Assembly (NCBI RefSeq): GCF_006345805.1
Contig: NC_043014.1
Span: forward strand, 40,734,001-40,798,000
Length of the DNA stretch: 64,000 nucleotides
Direction of reading: 5' to 3'
Source: Octopus sinensis
Lineage: Eukaryota
In this document: positions 12,814-24,369 of the stretch, piece after piece
Layout of the letters: every line of letters starts with the position of its first letter
Position numbering within the stretch: the stretch's first letter is position 1
The notes under the pieces: model-generated
Database searches by the model: none
Told to the model about the DNA's origin: nothing
What the model saw: the letters and a program-made list of their open reading frames with translations, nothing else
Position numbers and translations under genes: made by a program

Positions 12814-13707
12814 CTATGAAAATATAAGTTCCTAGCTGTTAACAGAATAGCTTCATGAGCACTTGACTTAATTTACTCTCTATGGTCACATATTTGTTCT
12901 TATTCTAGATGTTGTGAACTTTTATGTTTTGGCAATGTGGCTTATTTTTCTTCTATGGAATTGTACCTTTATAAATCATGAAGCTCAATATCCAGTATAG
13001 TCCATTTGCATTTCCGTTTCACACTATTGTCTTCAGTTTCACTTGATGGCTTCTTTCCAGGCATCTTGACTCGTAGGTAAATCCAATAGTTGTAGTGATC
13101 AACATTTATCCATAACAAATATGCAGTAAAAAATATTGCATTAAGAACTGTTTTGTGAGAGCAAAAAAATTGTTAGGTGGGAAGAAGTACTATATGATTA
13201 CAATTAGTTGAAGGGTTACCAGGTTCAAGATTATTTTATCCATAACCTTTACATTCTACTCTTTCTTTCAAGCACACACATACTCTGTTGCATTGATATA
13301 CAACATATGTAGCTACAGACATTTAAATTTGCCCTAAAGAGCTCTGACTTAACACCATCAAGGTGCTTCAAGGAGACAAATAGCCTCACCGGGAAGAGGA
13401 GTAAGAGGCTTTAGTGACTCGAGTTGAAACTTTGTTGGACAAAAGGTAAGAGGCTTAGTGCCTCATTTTGTAAGGACATTATGTCCATGGTTGAATAATT
13501 GTAAGAGGTTCAATACCTCATTTTGTGTTATTTTTATAAAAATAAAAAAGAGAACAATGTTTTCGGGAAGCAGCAATCGTCAGGCATTTTCTGCCTTCCC
13601 CTATCAATCATCTTTTCATTTTTCATTCATTGTCATTTGTATTTTTGTCCAGCCCGCAGCTATTTCTTTGTAAGGCTTTTGTAGCCAATTTTTATGAAAT
13701 AAAGTAG

Positions 13708-13972
13708 TTTGCTGCTTACCAACCACGTGGTTCCGGTTTCAGTCCAACTGCGTGGCATCTTGGGTAAGTGTCTTCTACTATAGCTTTGGGCCAAACAAAG
13801 CTTTGTGAGTGGATTTGGTAGACAGAAACTGAAAGAAGCCTGTCGTATATGTGTGTGTGTGCATGTGTTTGTATGTCTCTATTTGTCCCCACCATCATTG
13901 CTTGACAACCAATGTTGGTGTGTTTATGTCCCCGTAATTTAGAGGTTGGCAAAAAGAGACTGATAGAATATG
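13708..13972 (+). mobile_element. SINE family B, partial. Other copies: 20160-20493 +, 23895-24308 +, 34905-35062 +, 44143-44601 -, 47751-48150 +, 51605-51748 -, 53625-54010 -, 55617-56048 -, 58728-59145 +, 60680-61090 +
   Basis: Highly conserved ~410-bp consensus with tRNA-like head, central (TA)/(TG) microsatellite and AAAAGAGT tail. Confidence 0.9.
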
Positions 13973-14445
13973 TACACACATATATATGCACTTGCCTGCA
14001 CTCACACAATTCCTGTTAGGCACAATTGCTGTTAGGAAAGATTCCTTTCTTGAGTTGTCAGGAAAGGTTTAAATTCCAGATATTCCTCACACCATTGAGT
14101 ACTTTGCAAGTAAGGACCTCTACAATGCACCTTGATGTATGTACTTCTCCAACTTTCCCAGGAGACACATCCATCACACTATGACACATTTGATTCCTCG
14201 CAAGAGTGAGAAGGAGAAAGATGTAATATATATTCTTCTACTAAGATTATCAGTGGTAGCAATCGAAATTAGTTTGGCAAAAATCTTGTCAAATAACAAC
14301 CATAAAAAATGATCCCTGAAAAGAAAAAATATTTCCAAAAATGATCTTTTACTCTATAAATTTTCCTTGATAAAAAAATTAGTTGCTCATAGAAATAGGA
14401 GAGCAAGAGAAAACATGCAGCAGAATAATTTCAAAAAATTCTTAC

Positions 14446-14541
14446 CGTAAAGTTACTATTCCTGCATAAAGCCAACAGACTTTTATTTAAATCGTTCCAG
14501 TTGATCAAAGCTGTTTGTTGACTAGTTGACTGAAGACGAAA
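14446..14541 (-). CDS. Candidate internal coding exon of an unidentified host gene (FRLQSTSQQTALINWNDLNKSLLALCRNSNFT)
   Basis: Acceptor TTGTTTCGTTTTATACTTTCAG, donor ACG|GTAAGA, 96 nt, open only in phase 0, in non-repetitive sequence. No homologue recognised. Confidence 0.45.
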
Positions 14542-14660
14542 CTGAAAGTATAAAACGAAACAATACTGTAGAGTAAAGATTGATTTCAAGTATAGGAATT
14601 ATATTATCTATAGATAATTACAAGAACAAACATACATGTGTGATTGTGTAAATTACTACA

Positions 14661-15045
14661 GTGGAGGCGCAATGGCCCAGTGGTGTTAGGGCAGCGGACT
14701 CGCGGTCGTAGGATCGCGGTTTGATTCCCAGACGGGCGTGGTGTGAGTGTTTATTGAGCGAAAACACCTAAAGCTCCACGAGGTTCCGGCAGGGATGGTG
14801 GTGATCCCTGCTGTACTCTTTCACCACAACTTTCTCTCACTTCTTACTTCATGGTTTTTGTTGTACCTGTATTTCAAAGGGCCGGCCTTGTCACTCTCTG
14901 TGTCATGCTGAATATCCCCGAGAACTACGTTAGGGTACACGTGTCTGTGGAGTACTCAGCCACTTACACGTTAATTTTACGAGCAGGCTGTTCCGTTGAT
15001 CGGATCAACCGGAACCCTCGTCGTCGTAACCGACGGAGTGCTTCC
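14661..15045 (+). mobile_element. tRNA-derived SINE family A, full length with 11-bp TSD. Other copies: 40525-41085 -, 44975-45210 +, 50925-51236 -
   Basis: TSD AAATTACTACA at 14650-14660 / 15046-15056. A/B-box-like head GGAGGCGCAATGGCCCAGTGG...GGTTTGATTCCC. Confidence 0.92.
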
Positions 15046-15765
15046 AAATTACTACAATAGTAAATGCTAGGTTTGAACTCAGGATTTCAAATTAGGTTTC
15101 AACTGTCTTACTTACTTAGCTATAACAGCAACTACATCATCATCATCATCATCATCATTTAACGTCCGCTTTCCATGTTAGCATGGGTTGGATGATTTGA
15201 CTGAGGACTGGTGAACCAGGTGGCTGCACCAGGCTCCAGTCTGATTTGGCAGAGTTTCTACAGCTGGATGCCCTTCCTAACGCCAACCACTCCGAGAGTG
15301 TAGTGGGTGCTTTTACGTGCCACTGGCACAAGGGCCAGTCTGGCAGTACTAGCAACAGCCACGCTCAAATGGTGTTTTTTACATGCCACCTGCACAAGCC
15401 AAGGAAATTGGACTTGGTCTGTGTTGGCAACAATAAGTCTATTGGAAAATTCATTGAAGTGTTTAAGTTTAATTATCACAAGTGAATTTGGTCCTCATTC
15501 TCTGAGAGTGAGGGAGAAGAAAATGTAGTGGTTATTTGAGCTGTAGGTAAATAAATAGCAAAGGAATTGAAGTTGAAGGCAATATATGGGGTGGAGGAGG
15601 AAAAGTTTTGAAGTTGGTGGGACAGATCAAAAGTGAGAGGTTGTGCAGGAGGGCTGGAAATCTAAAGGGTGTGTGAATGAAAGATAATTAAGCTATGAAT
15701 TGGTGAAGAAATGTAGAAAGGACCAATGTCCCAAGTAAAGTAAAGATGTAAAGGATACAGTCTAA

Positions 15766-16373
15766 CCATTTAGCATTCGGATTACTCGATCAAATGTAAT
15801 GCTTATTCATTTACATTGTTTTGTATTACTCATGAATTATCTTCTAGCTTTCAGATTTCAATGATGTGACTGTTTATGTTTAGAATGACAAATGTTGAGT
15901 AGGTATGATAGGCTGGATCTGGCTAGTCTTTATATATAAAAGAGAGGTTGTGTGCTGTCTGTCTCCTACGATTTAGATTCCTAACTACTCCCACATTTTG
16001 CAGTGCAGTTTAACCAAAACCGGGTATCTTATAGTCGTGATTCATATCGAGCCCTTCTGGGTATTAGCGCGCGTCTACGATGAGTCTAAAAAAAAATTTA
16101 CCATCAATTTTTCCCATTTTTAATGCACTTTTGGCATATATAAGGGAAGTAACTCTCTAAAAATTTATTATTAAATCTCAGAACGTAAAAAGCTACAGTA
16201 ACACCCCCCCCTTTGTGGTTAGCCATATTGAGATGGCTATTATACTTTACATCTCTAAAAATGCTTATATAGTTATTTCCCTTACAAACCTGAGCAACGC
16301 CGGGCGATACTGCTAGTTTAAACATAAAACAGGAATATTTGGACCAAATAGGGTCAGTTTAAATGCTAGAGAG
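15766..16373 (+). mobile_element. piggyBac-like MITE family b containing a Helitron. Other copies: 19033-19789, 58261-58489
   Basis: CC(C)TTTAGCATTC...AATGCTAAAGGG termini with TTAA-like flanks in all three copies. Confidence 0.8.
15927..16316 (+). mobile_element. Non-autonomous Helitron
   Basis: TCTTTATATATAAAAG start, CCTGAGCAACGCCGGG hairpin and CTGCTAG end. Same termini as 7184-7752. No TSD; the host MITE rejoins across the site. Confidence 0.85.
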
Positions 16374-16504
16374 TTAAGTAAAAGTGCCTGGATGGAAGAG
16401 TGGGAAATAGTAAGTAAGCAGAGCAGATGACAAAGATCAACTGTATAGAAATTGGGTCTATAGGATTGGGTCATCATCACTTAACCATTACGCCATATGC
16501 CCAC

Positions 16505-16578
16505 AGGCATATGGCGCAGTAGTTAAGAGCACAGGCTACTAACCCCAAGATTCTGAATAAGATTCCATGCAGTGACCA

Positions 16579-16609
<31 letters not shown>

Positions 16610-16625
16610 TATAATAATAATAATA
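16505..16625 (+). mobile_element. Simple tRNA-like SINE with (AAT)n tail
   Basis: GGCATATGGCGCAGTAGTTAAGAGCACAGGCTACTAACCCCAAGATT head directly followed by (AAT)n. Confidence 0.6.
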
Positions 16626-16724
16626 ATAGCCCTTCTCTGCCCTAGGTGTATGGAAAACACTCGGCGAGAAACGGAAGAAAATTTGAAGGAAGAAGGAAAA
16701 AACATGATAATAATAATAATAATG

Positions 16725-16758
<34 letters not shown>

Positions 16759-16989
16759 TAATAATAATAATAATAACATCAAAATGAGAAATTTCCCCAA
16801 GACACCTGATGAATAGCTGTTATTACAAAGATACCTAATTAATATTTTAATACAGAAGGCCAAATTATTTAACAAGTAGTTGTAGTAGTAAAAGGAACAA
16901 CAAGATCCATGGTGGTAGAATCCAAAAATTATAAAGTTCCAATAGATGTTGGGAACAAGTATAGTGGAGATGGCTTGGATGAGGGGACA

Positions 16990-17378
16990 TAGACAAAGCA
17001 ATATGATTTTAAGACTTCATAATTGCTGGGTGTCGTGGGGTGCTCTTAAACACAACAGGTCATCAATCATCTCAGTCCTTTGTCATCTCTTTTGTGAGGC
17101 TCAACACCCTGAGGTTGCAGCTCATTACTTCATCCCATATCTTCTTAGGTCTTTCCCTTCAACAAGTCCCATTTGCATTTAGCAATTGGCACTTCTTGAT
17201 GCAACTGTCCTTATCCATCCACATCGTCATACTACTGCAGTCTTCTCTCTCGTATACTACATATGATGCCTTTTATGCCCAGTTTTTCTCTCGATACATT
17301 TTCACTTTTTTGTTTATGCACACTGACACTGCATATCCAATGGAACATCATGCTAGCTTCCTTTGTTTCTAATTTACC
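16990..17378 (-). mobile_element. RTE LINE C-terminal fragment
   Basis: EASMMFHWICSVSVH..REKLGIKGI.CSIRERRLQ motif typical of RTE C-termini. Confidence 0.75.
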
Positions 17379-17539
17379 ACACAACACACAAACACACACA
17401 CACACACACACACAACCCCACACACACACACACACCACACACACACAACACACACACACACACACACACCAAACACACAAACACCAACCACCCAAACAAA
17501 CCACCACACACACAACACACACACACACACCACACACAA

Positions 17540-17572
<33 letters not shown>

Positions 17573-17582
17573 CCACACACAA

Positions 17583-17613
<31 letters not shown>

Positions 17614-18509
17614 CACCACACAACACCAAACACACCCACACAAACACACACACACACACACACCACACAAACACACACACACACACACACACAAACACAC
17701 AACGCACAAACACACACACACACAAACACACAAACACACAAACCACCAACGCAACACACACACACACAAACACCCAACGCACCACACACAAAACCCACAA
17801 ACCCAAACACACACACCACACCACACACACACACACACAACCACAAACACACACACACACCACACAAACCAACAAACACACAACACACCACCACACACAC
17901 ACACACACAAACACACCACACACACACACACAACACACACACACACACAAACAACGCAACACCACACACACACAAACACACACACACACACACACACCAC
18001 AAACCACAAACACACAACACAAAACACACAAACACCACACACCCACACACCACACACAAACACACACACACACACACACACAAACACACAAACGCACACA
18101 CACACACCACAAAACACAAAACACACAAACACACCAAACGCACACACACACACACACAAACACACAAACGCACCACACACAAACCCACAAACACACAAAC
18201 ACACACACACACACACACACCACACACACACACAAACACACAAACACACACAAACACACAAAACAACAAACACACAACACACACACACAACACACACCAC
18301 AACACAAAACACACACACACACACCACACACCACACCAAACACACAAACGCACACACACACACACACCAAACACACAAACGCACCACACAAACACACAAA
18401 CACACAAACACACACACACACACACACCACACACACACACACAACCACACCAACACACACACAAACACACAAACACACAAACACACCACACACACACACC
18501 ACACACACA

Positions 18510-18541
<32 letters not shown>

Positions 18542-18734
18542 ACCACACAACACATACAAACACACACACACACACACACAAAACACACAAACACACAAAC
18601 ACACACACACAAACACACAAACACCCAAACACACACACACACCACACACACACAACACAAAACACACACACACACACACCACACCACAACACACACACCA
18701 CACACACACACACACACACAAACACAACACACAA

Positions 18735-18766
<32 letters not shown>

Positions 18767-18770
18767 ACAA
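17378..18770. repeat. ~1.4-kb scrambled A/C-only (CA-derived) low-complexity tract
   Basis: Almost only A and C with a few AACGC motifs. It generates the long spurious CV/HT ORFs. Confidence 0.95.
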
Positions 18771-18816
18771 ACTTTAGGTAAGTTAAAATAGGTTTGTGAT
18801 ATATTTCAACTTTCAA

Positions 18817-19028
18817 AGGCAAATTCATTGCAGTGACCATGTGGGGGAAAAAAATTCTCTCTTATGATAAAAGGTATAAAAACACCATATCTACCGGGTG
18901 CTGTCCCCTATCGGATTCTCAAACGTGTTTTTACCTCTTCAGCCATAACAATGGGCAGATATAGTGTTTTTACACCTTTTACTACAAGAGAGAATTTTTC
19001 CTCCATGGTAACTGCAGTGAATTTGCCT
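18817..19028. mobile_element. Foldback MITE with AGG...CCT ends and TTAA-like flanks (Kolobok-like)
   Basis: ~70-bp imperfect TIRs AGGCAAATTCA(T/C)TGCAG. Flanks are TCAA / TTAA. Confidence 0.65.
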
Positions 19029-19162
19029 TTAACGCTTTAGCATTCGGACTATTCTGTCTAATGTATTATTTATTTATTATCATTGTTTTGAATTAATCAT
19101 GTATTGTCTGATAGCTTCGAAATTTTTATGAGGTAACTATTAAATTTTAGAATGATATTGTA

Positions 19163-19693
19163 AGGGCCGGATGGAAGGCGTTCAATGGCATAAGGGATGT
19201 GCTCAAGGGAAGGTTGGACAGGACCACCTGCGCCAACCTCATTAACAGTGCAGTTTTGCCTGCAATGTTATATGGTAGTGAAACATGGCTACCACAAAGA
19301 GAGAAGAGCAAAGACTGATAACGGCTTAAAGAGCCATGGAAAGGTCAATGCTTGGTATCTCGTTGAGAGAGCACATAAATAGCAACATCATCAGAAAGAA
19401 GTCCGGCGTGAGAGATGTCATCGCAGAGTATACTCGCAGCAAGTATAGATGGGCTGGACAAGTCACCCGGCTCACCGATAATCGGTGGACGCACGCAGTT
19501 GTCGAGTGGTACCCGCGTGAGCAGAAAAGACCACCCAGAAGACCTCCACGATGGTGGAGTGACGATTTCAAGAGGACTATTGGGATCACGTGGATGAGAA
19601 ATGTGCGATCCAGAGAGGAGTGGACAGCGTGCTGTGACCAGCGGTGTCAAATGGACGCCTGACGGACTGGTCGGTCAAAGTGATCAAAAAGTG
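19163..19693 (+). mobile_element. 5'-truncated RTE LINE, relatively young, nested in MITE b
   Basis: VLPAMLYGSETW...MERSMLGISL...RWAGQV.R.TDNRW..WYPR..KRP..RPP. ATTGTA TSD at 19157-19162 / 19694-19699. Confidence 0.9.
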
Positions 19694-20551
19694 ATTGTAG
19701 AATAGGTGTGAGGGGCCACATCTGTCCAGTTTGAACATAAAACAGGCAGAGTATTTTGGCCGGACATGGCTGGTTTAAATGTTAAAGGGTTAAAAGTTGA
19801 ACTATGCCATAAACATAGTTTAACTAAATTAAAGTTCACTCATGCATAAACACTGCTTAGTGCTGATACTGCTGAATATATATCATCATCATCATCATCA
19901 TCATCGTTTTAACGTCCGCTTTCCATGCTAGCATGGGTTGGACGGTTCAACTGGGGTCTGGAAAGCCGAAGGCTACACCAGGCCAGTCAGATCTGGCAGT
20001 GTTTCTACAGCTGGATGCCCTTCCTAACGCCAACCACTCCGAGAGTGTTAGTGGTGATTTATGTGCCACCGACACAGGTGCCAGACGAGGCTGGCAGACG
20101 GCCACGCTCGGATGGTGTTTTATATATATATATATTATAATATATATATATAATATATGTACCTTCTACTATAGCCTCGGGCTGACCAAAGCCTTGTGAG
20201 TAGATTTGGTAGATGGAAACTGAAAGAAGCCCGTCGTATATATGTATATATATATGTATGTGTGTGTATATGTTTGCGTGTCTGTGTTTGTCCCCCCAAC
20301 ATTGCTTGACAACCGATGCTGATGTGTTTACGTCCCCGTAACTTAGCGGTTCGGTAAAAGGAGCACGATAGAATAAGTACTAGGCTTACAATGAATAAGT
20401 CCTGGGGGCGATTTGCTCGACTAAAGGCGGTGCTCCAGCATGGCCGCAGTCAAATGACTGACACAAGTAAAAGAGTAAAAAAGAGTAAAAGAGAATATAT
20501 ATTTATTTTTCCCCGAATTTGTGTAAATGTGTATAGAATAATATATTAGTT

Positions 20552-20759
20552 GAATAAAGTTACAGCATGGTCTAGTTTTCAAGTTTTTTATTATTGCATT
20601 AAAAATTTGTTTTTACAATGTTGAAGTGTGTTAAATATAAAAAAAAATATGAACATTACAAAACATTTTTTCAATATTTAACACACTTCAATATTGTAAA
20701 AATTTTTTAAAAAATACAATAATAAAAAAATGTGAAAATCAGACCATGTAACTTTATTC

Positions 20760-20760
<1 letters not shown>
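20552..20760. mobile_element. Imperfect head-to-head inverted cassette with PLE-type 3' ends
   Basis: GAATAAAGTTAC..CATGGTCT..TTTTCA pairs with TGAAAATCAGACCATGTAACTTTATTC. The end resembles the PLE terminus at ~31440-31480 (GTGAAAATCAGAC). (TA)n follows. Confidence 0.65.
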
Positions 20761-20798
<38 letters not shown>

Positions 20799-20810
20799 TT
20801 GGTGTGTGTG

Positions 20811-20924
20811 TTTGCATTTATTGAGTTGAGTTTATTATTTCCATATATATTGAGGGATGCAGAAAATTTTATTCCTGCAAATCCTTTAGTGACTCCTATT
20901 CATATTAAGCCTGAATGAGATTTT
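20811..20924 (+). pseudogene. cob: NUMT: mitochondrial cytochrome b fragment
   Basis: In the invertebrate mitochondrial code it reads [36 protein letters not shown](D)F, the cytb ef-loop/PEWY motif, with TGA at the Trp position. Confidence 0.93.
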
Positions 20925-21099
20925 GTAAAAACTCCTCACTTTCATTTATGTTTATCATGTTTAATATGTATTAAAAAAGTGCATAAATTTTGAAATTTAT
21001 TTATAATTTTATTTTCATTCCTGTTGGACCCCAATTATTTGTCCATGACAGCTTTTTTTTTCAATTTGGCAGCAATCATTTTCTTTACCTCCATCCTGA

Positions 21100-21344
21100 A
21101 GATGGAGCAATTATTTAGCTGAGCTTAAGGAACACATTCAGTTAGCAGTGCAGGAGCTAACTCCTGAAATGCTTAAAAATGTGTTTCACAATACTAAGGA
21201 GAGATTTCAAGTATGCAGGGATACAGGTATGTTGAAAATTTTCAATAAAAGTTTGACATAAGATTTATAAATCTATTTGTTTTGGTAATAAACTTAAAAT
21301 TCTGTCAGTTTTTATAATTTGCTCAATTTCAGGAACACCCTGTA
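21100..21344 (+). mobile_element. Tc1/mariner-superfamily 3' end with TIR
   Basis: LAELKEHIQLAVQELTPEMLKNVF..RFQVC C-terminal motif and right TIR TCAGGAACACCCTGTA. Confidence 0.7.
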
Positions 21345-22348
21345 TGGTGTAGCGTTGTTAATTGTTGCGTTGCTTAAGTAAATATTAGAATCAACAGTTT
21401 TCTTGCTGTAAACATCTCATCTTTTTGTTAAGCATATTGTATCAAGGAGTTTATTATCCAAAATGTATCTCCCCTTTATAGGCGTGGCTGTATGATTGAG
21501 AAGTTTGCTCTCCAACCATGTAGCCTTGGGTTCAGTCTCATTGTGCAGAATTTAGTAAAATAACTTAGTTATCATTTCATTCTTGTTCTACCCTTAGACC
21601 CCTTTTCAGTTGGTTCACTTTCAAGAATCCATTTTGCGATCCTTTCCTTTTGACATTCTAACAATATATCCACATTACTGAAATTGTGATCTCTAAATGC
21701 TTGACTCGGAGAGACTCCCTAATTGAGTAACATTACTCTAACCTTTCATTACTGTATTTATTTTGAGATGCTATGTGTTTCTTTCAATTACTTTAAATAT
21801 AACAAAGAATTTAGTAAAATAACTTAGTTATCATTTAGCTTGTGTTAGGAACATAAATTGTGACTAAGGTTTGGTGGAAGATTTTAATTCAAGACTTATG
21901 GAAACAAGACATTTCTACTCAGAGCCAGAGCTGGTTTCAGCTGGGTTGGTAACAAAAGGGTTAATACTTCTTTTATTTTTCAAAATTAGGATAATCAAAA
22001 TAAATATCAAATAGAAATAGTAGTTGTGATACCTGTGCCGGTGGCATTTAAAAAGCACCATCTGAACTTGACTGGTTTCTGTACCGGTGGCATGTATAAA
22101 GCACCAACCGATTGTGGCCACTGCCAGCCTTCCCTGGCATCTGTGCCGGTGGCATGTAAAAAGCACCCATTACACTCACGGAGTGGTTGGAATTAGGAAG
22201 GGCATCCAGCTGTAGAAACACTGTCAGATCAGACTGGAGCCTGGTGCAGCCTCCTGGTCTCCCAGACCCCGGTCGAACTGTTCAACCCGTGCTAGCACAG
22301 AAAACGGATGTTAAACGATGATGATGATGATGAAGATAAAGTTCTTTT

Positions 22349-22905
22349 TTAATCTATAATATACTCTCCTTCATTTTTTACAATGCGCTTCCATCTATCT
22401 TGTAGACTTGCAAGGTCCCTCTTCCAAAATTCACTTGTCCATGATGAAAAATACTCCCCCAGTACTGTTGTGACTTCATTTGCAGAATTTATATTTTTCC
22501 ATCCAAATAATTTTGAAGACTGCGGAATAAATGATAATCAGATGGAGCAATGTCCTGCAAATATGGTGGGTGGGGCATCATTTCCCATTCAAACTGCTCC
22601 AGTCTTTGAAGTATCATTCTCACTGTATGTGGCCATGTGACTAGATTCAGAAAGTTTGTAATGAATCCAATGTCCCAATTTGCTGACTTTTCCAATGGCA
22701 TGCAGATGTTGATGAATGGTTGAATGACCAAATCTGAGCTTCTCTGCTAGTTCGTCAACAGTTATGACGAGATCTTGTGCCACCAGGGTTTGCAGGACAT
22801 TCTCGTCGAGCTCTACAGATCTTCCAGAACAAGGCTTGTCTTCTAGGCTGTAGTTTCCAGCTCGGAATTTCTGGAATCACTGGAAGTGGGCAGGGACGGA
22901 AGACC
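22349..22905 (-). pseudogene. Internally deleted mariner transposase relic
   Basis: FQKFRAGNYSLEDKPCSGR, WIHYKLS, HPPYLQDIAPSDYHLFRSLQNYL, RWKRIVKNEGEYIID*. Confidence 0.9.
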
Positions 22906-23204
22906 AGGGATTGTTGGTGGGTAAATATTACAATAATGTATGGGCAGAGTGAGGGCCGGTCAAAGATAAAAGATGGCAGTGGGGGGGGGGATATGAAGAA
23001 CAAAGTTTGAGTGGTTGATAATAAACATATGTTGAGAAGAAGGAAAGTAAGTGTTGGTGGTAAGTGCTGAGATTATGTTGGGTTGAGAAGTGGATGTGGT
23101 GAATGGTTGACAATGGTGGAGGAATGATTAATGATATGTATGAGTTGGGGGAAGGGCAGGGGCTTGTAGGTTGACTCAGTGTGCAGAAAGGAGTGAAGGA
23201 CAGT

Positions 23205-23207
23205 AGA

Positions 23208-23265
<58 letters not shown>

Positions 23266-23372
23266 TAATGATAATAATAATAATAACAATAATGATAATA
23301 ATAATAACAACAATAATAATAATAATCATAACAACAACAATAACAATAATAATAATGATAATAATAATAATA

Positions 23373-23412
<40 letters not shown>
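23205..23412. repeat. (AAT)n/(AAC)n microsatellite. Similar tract at 16580-16780
   Basis: Direct inspection. Confidence 0.95.
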
Positions 23413-23414
<2 letters not shown>

Positions 23415-24057
23415 TATAGTAGGCATAAGGATGAGAGAAAGGGAAATGATAAATGGGAGGGTAGGTTGCAAGAGTGTGAGGGGAGAGGCAGATGTTGTGC
23501 ACGGAAAGAATGAGAGATATATGGTGGGGGGGGGGGGAGATAAGTTGGTGGCAGGGAAGGATGGTCAATGTAAAATGCGAGAGGAGAGGGAAGGGAGGAT
23601 GGAAGGATGGATGTTAAGAGAAATGGTTCTGGATGGTGAGAAAAGTAATAGATATCGGAAAAAAGATGATGAATTATGCAGTTTTGCTCTCGTTTAATTA
23701 CAACAGCAGAATACTGTTGGCAGGTGGTGATGGAGGAATCAGTGAGGAAAAAAAAAACAGATGATTGGTGATGGGCATGGCTTGGAAAGGAAATTAGGTG
23801 AGGAGCCCAATTGTGTATATATATACATGTTATGCTTCCAGAATTTCTGTTTTGCTGAAATGGATGAAGTCTTCTCAAGAACCACGCATAGGCAGGCGCA
23901 GGAGTGGCTGTGTGGTAAGTAGCTTATTAACCAACCACATGGTTCTGGGTTCAGTCCCACTGCGTGGCATCTTGGGCAAGTGTCTTCAGCTATAGCCCCG
24001 GGCCGACCAATGCCTTGTGAGTGGATTTGGTAGACGGAAACTGAAAGAAGCCTGTCG

Positions 24058-24088
<31 letters not shown>

Positions 24089-24369
24089 GTATATGTTTGT
24101 GTGTCTGTGTTTGCCCCTCTAGCATTGCTTGACAACTGATGCTGGTGTGTTTACGTCCTCCGTCACTTAGCGGTTCGGCAAAAGAGACCGATAGAATAAG
24201 TACTGGGCTTACAAAGAATAAGTCCCAGGGTCGATTTGCTCGACTAAAGGTGGTGCTCCAGCATGGCCACAGTCAAATGACTGAAACAAGTAAAAGAGAA
24301 AGAGAAAGATCCCACAGCCATCCCAGTCCTTTATCTTCTCTTTGTAAAGCACAAGGTCCCAAGGTCAGC

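Larger units (their letters stand above)
10620..13064 (-). pseudogene. Tigger/pogo DDE transposase relic split by four retroposon insertions
   Basis: ATG at 13064 gives MPGKKPSS..KRKCK (CENP-B-like N-terminus), then IEDQ, ERFKR, FWKLMP, LTLLLG, YSENPR, LLLLYNASSH and PMDQG motifs in order. Possible degenerate TIRs near 9167 and 13222 (weak). Confidence 0.85.

Noticed and set aside
14661-14740. tRNA-like sequences at SINE heads
   Set aside because: They lack a complete cloverleaf and acceptor stem and continue into SINE bodies with TSDs. Not tRNA genes.
17232-18840. Five 460-510 aa ORFs (CV-rich / HT-rich)
   Set aside because: Translations of a stop-free A/C tract. All frames are open, with no protein-like composition.
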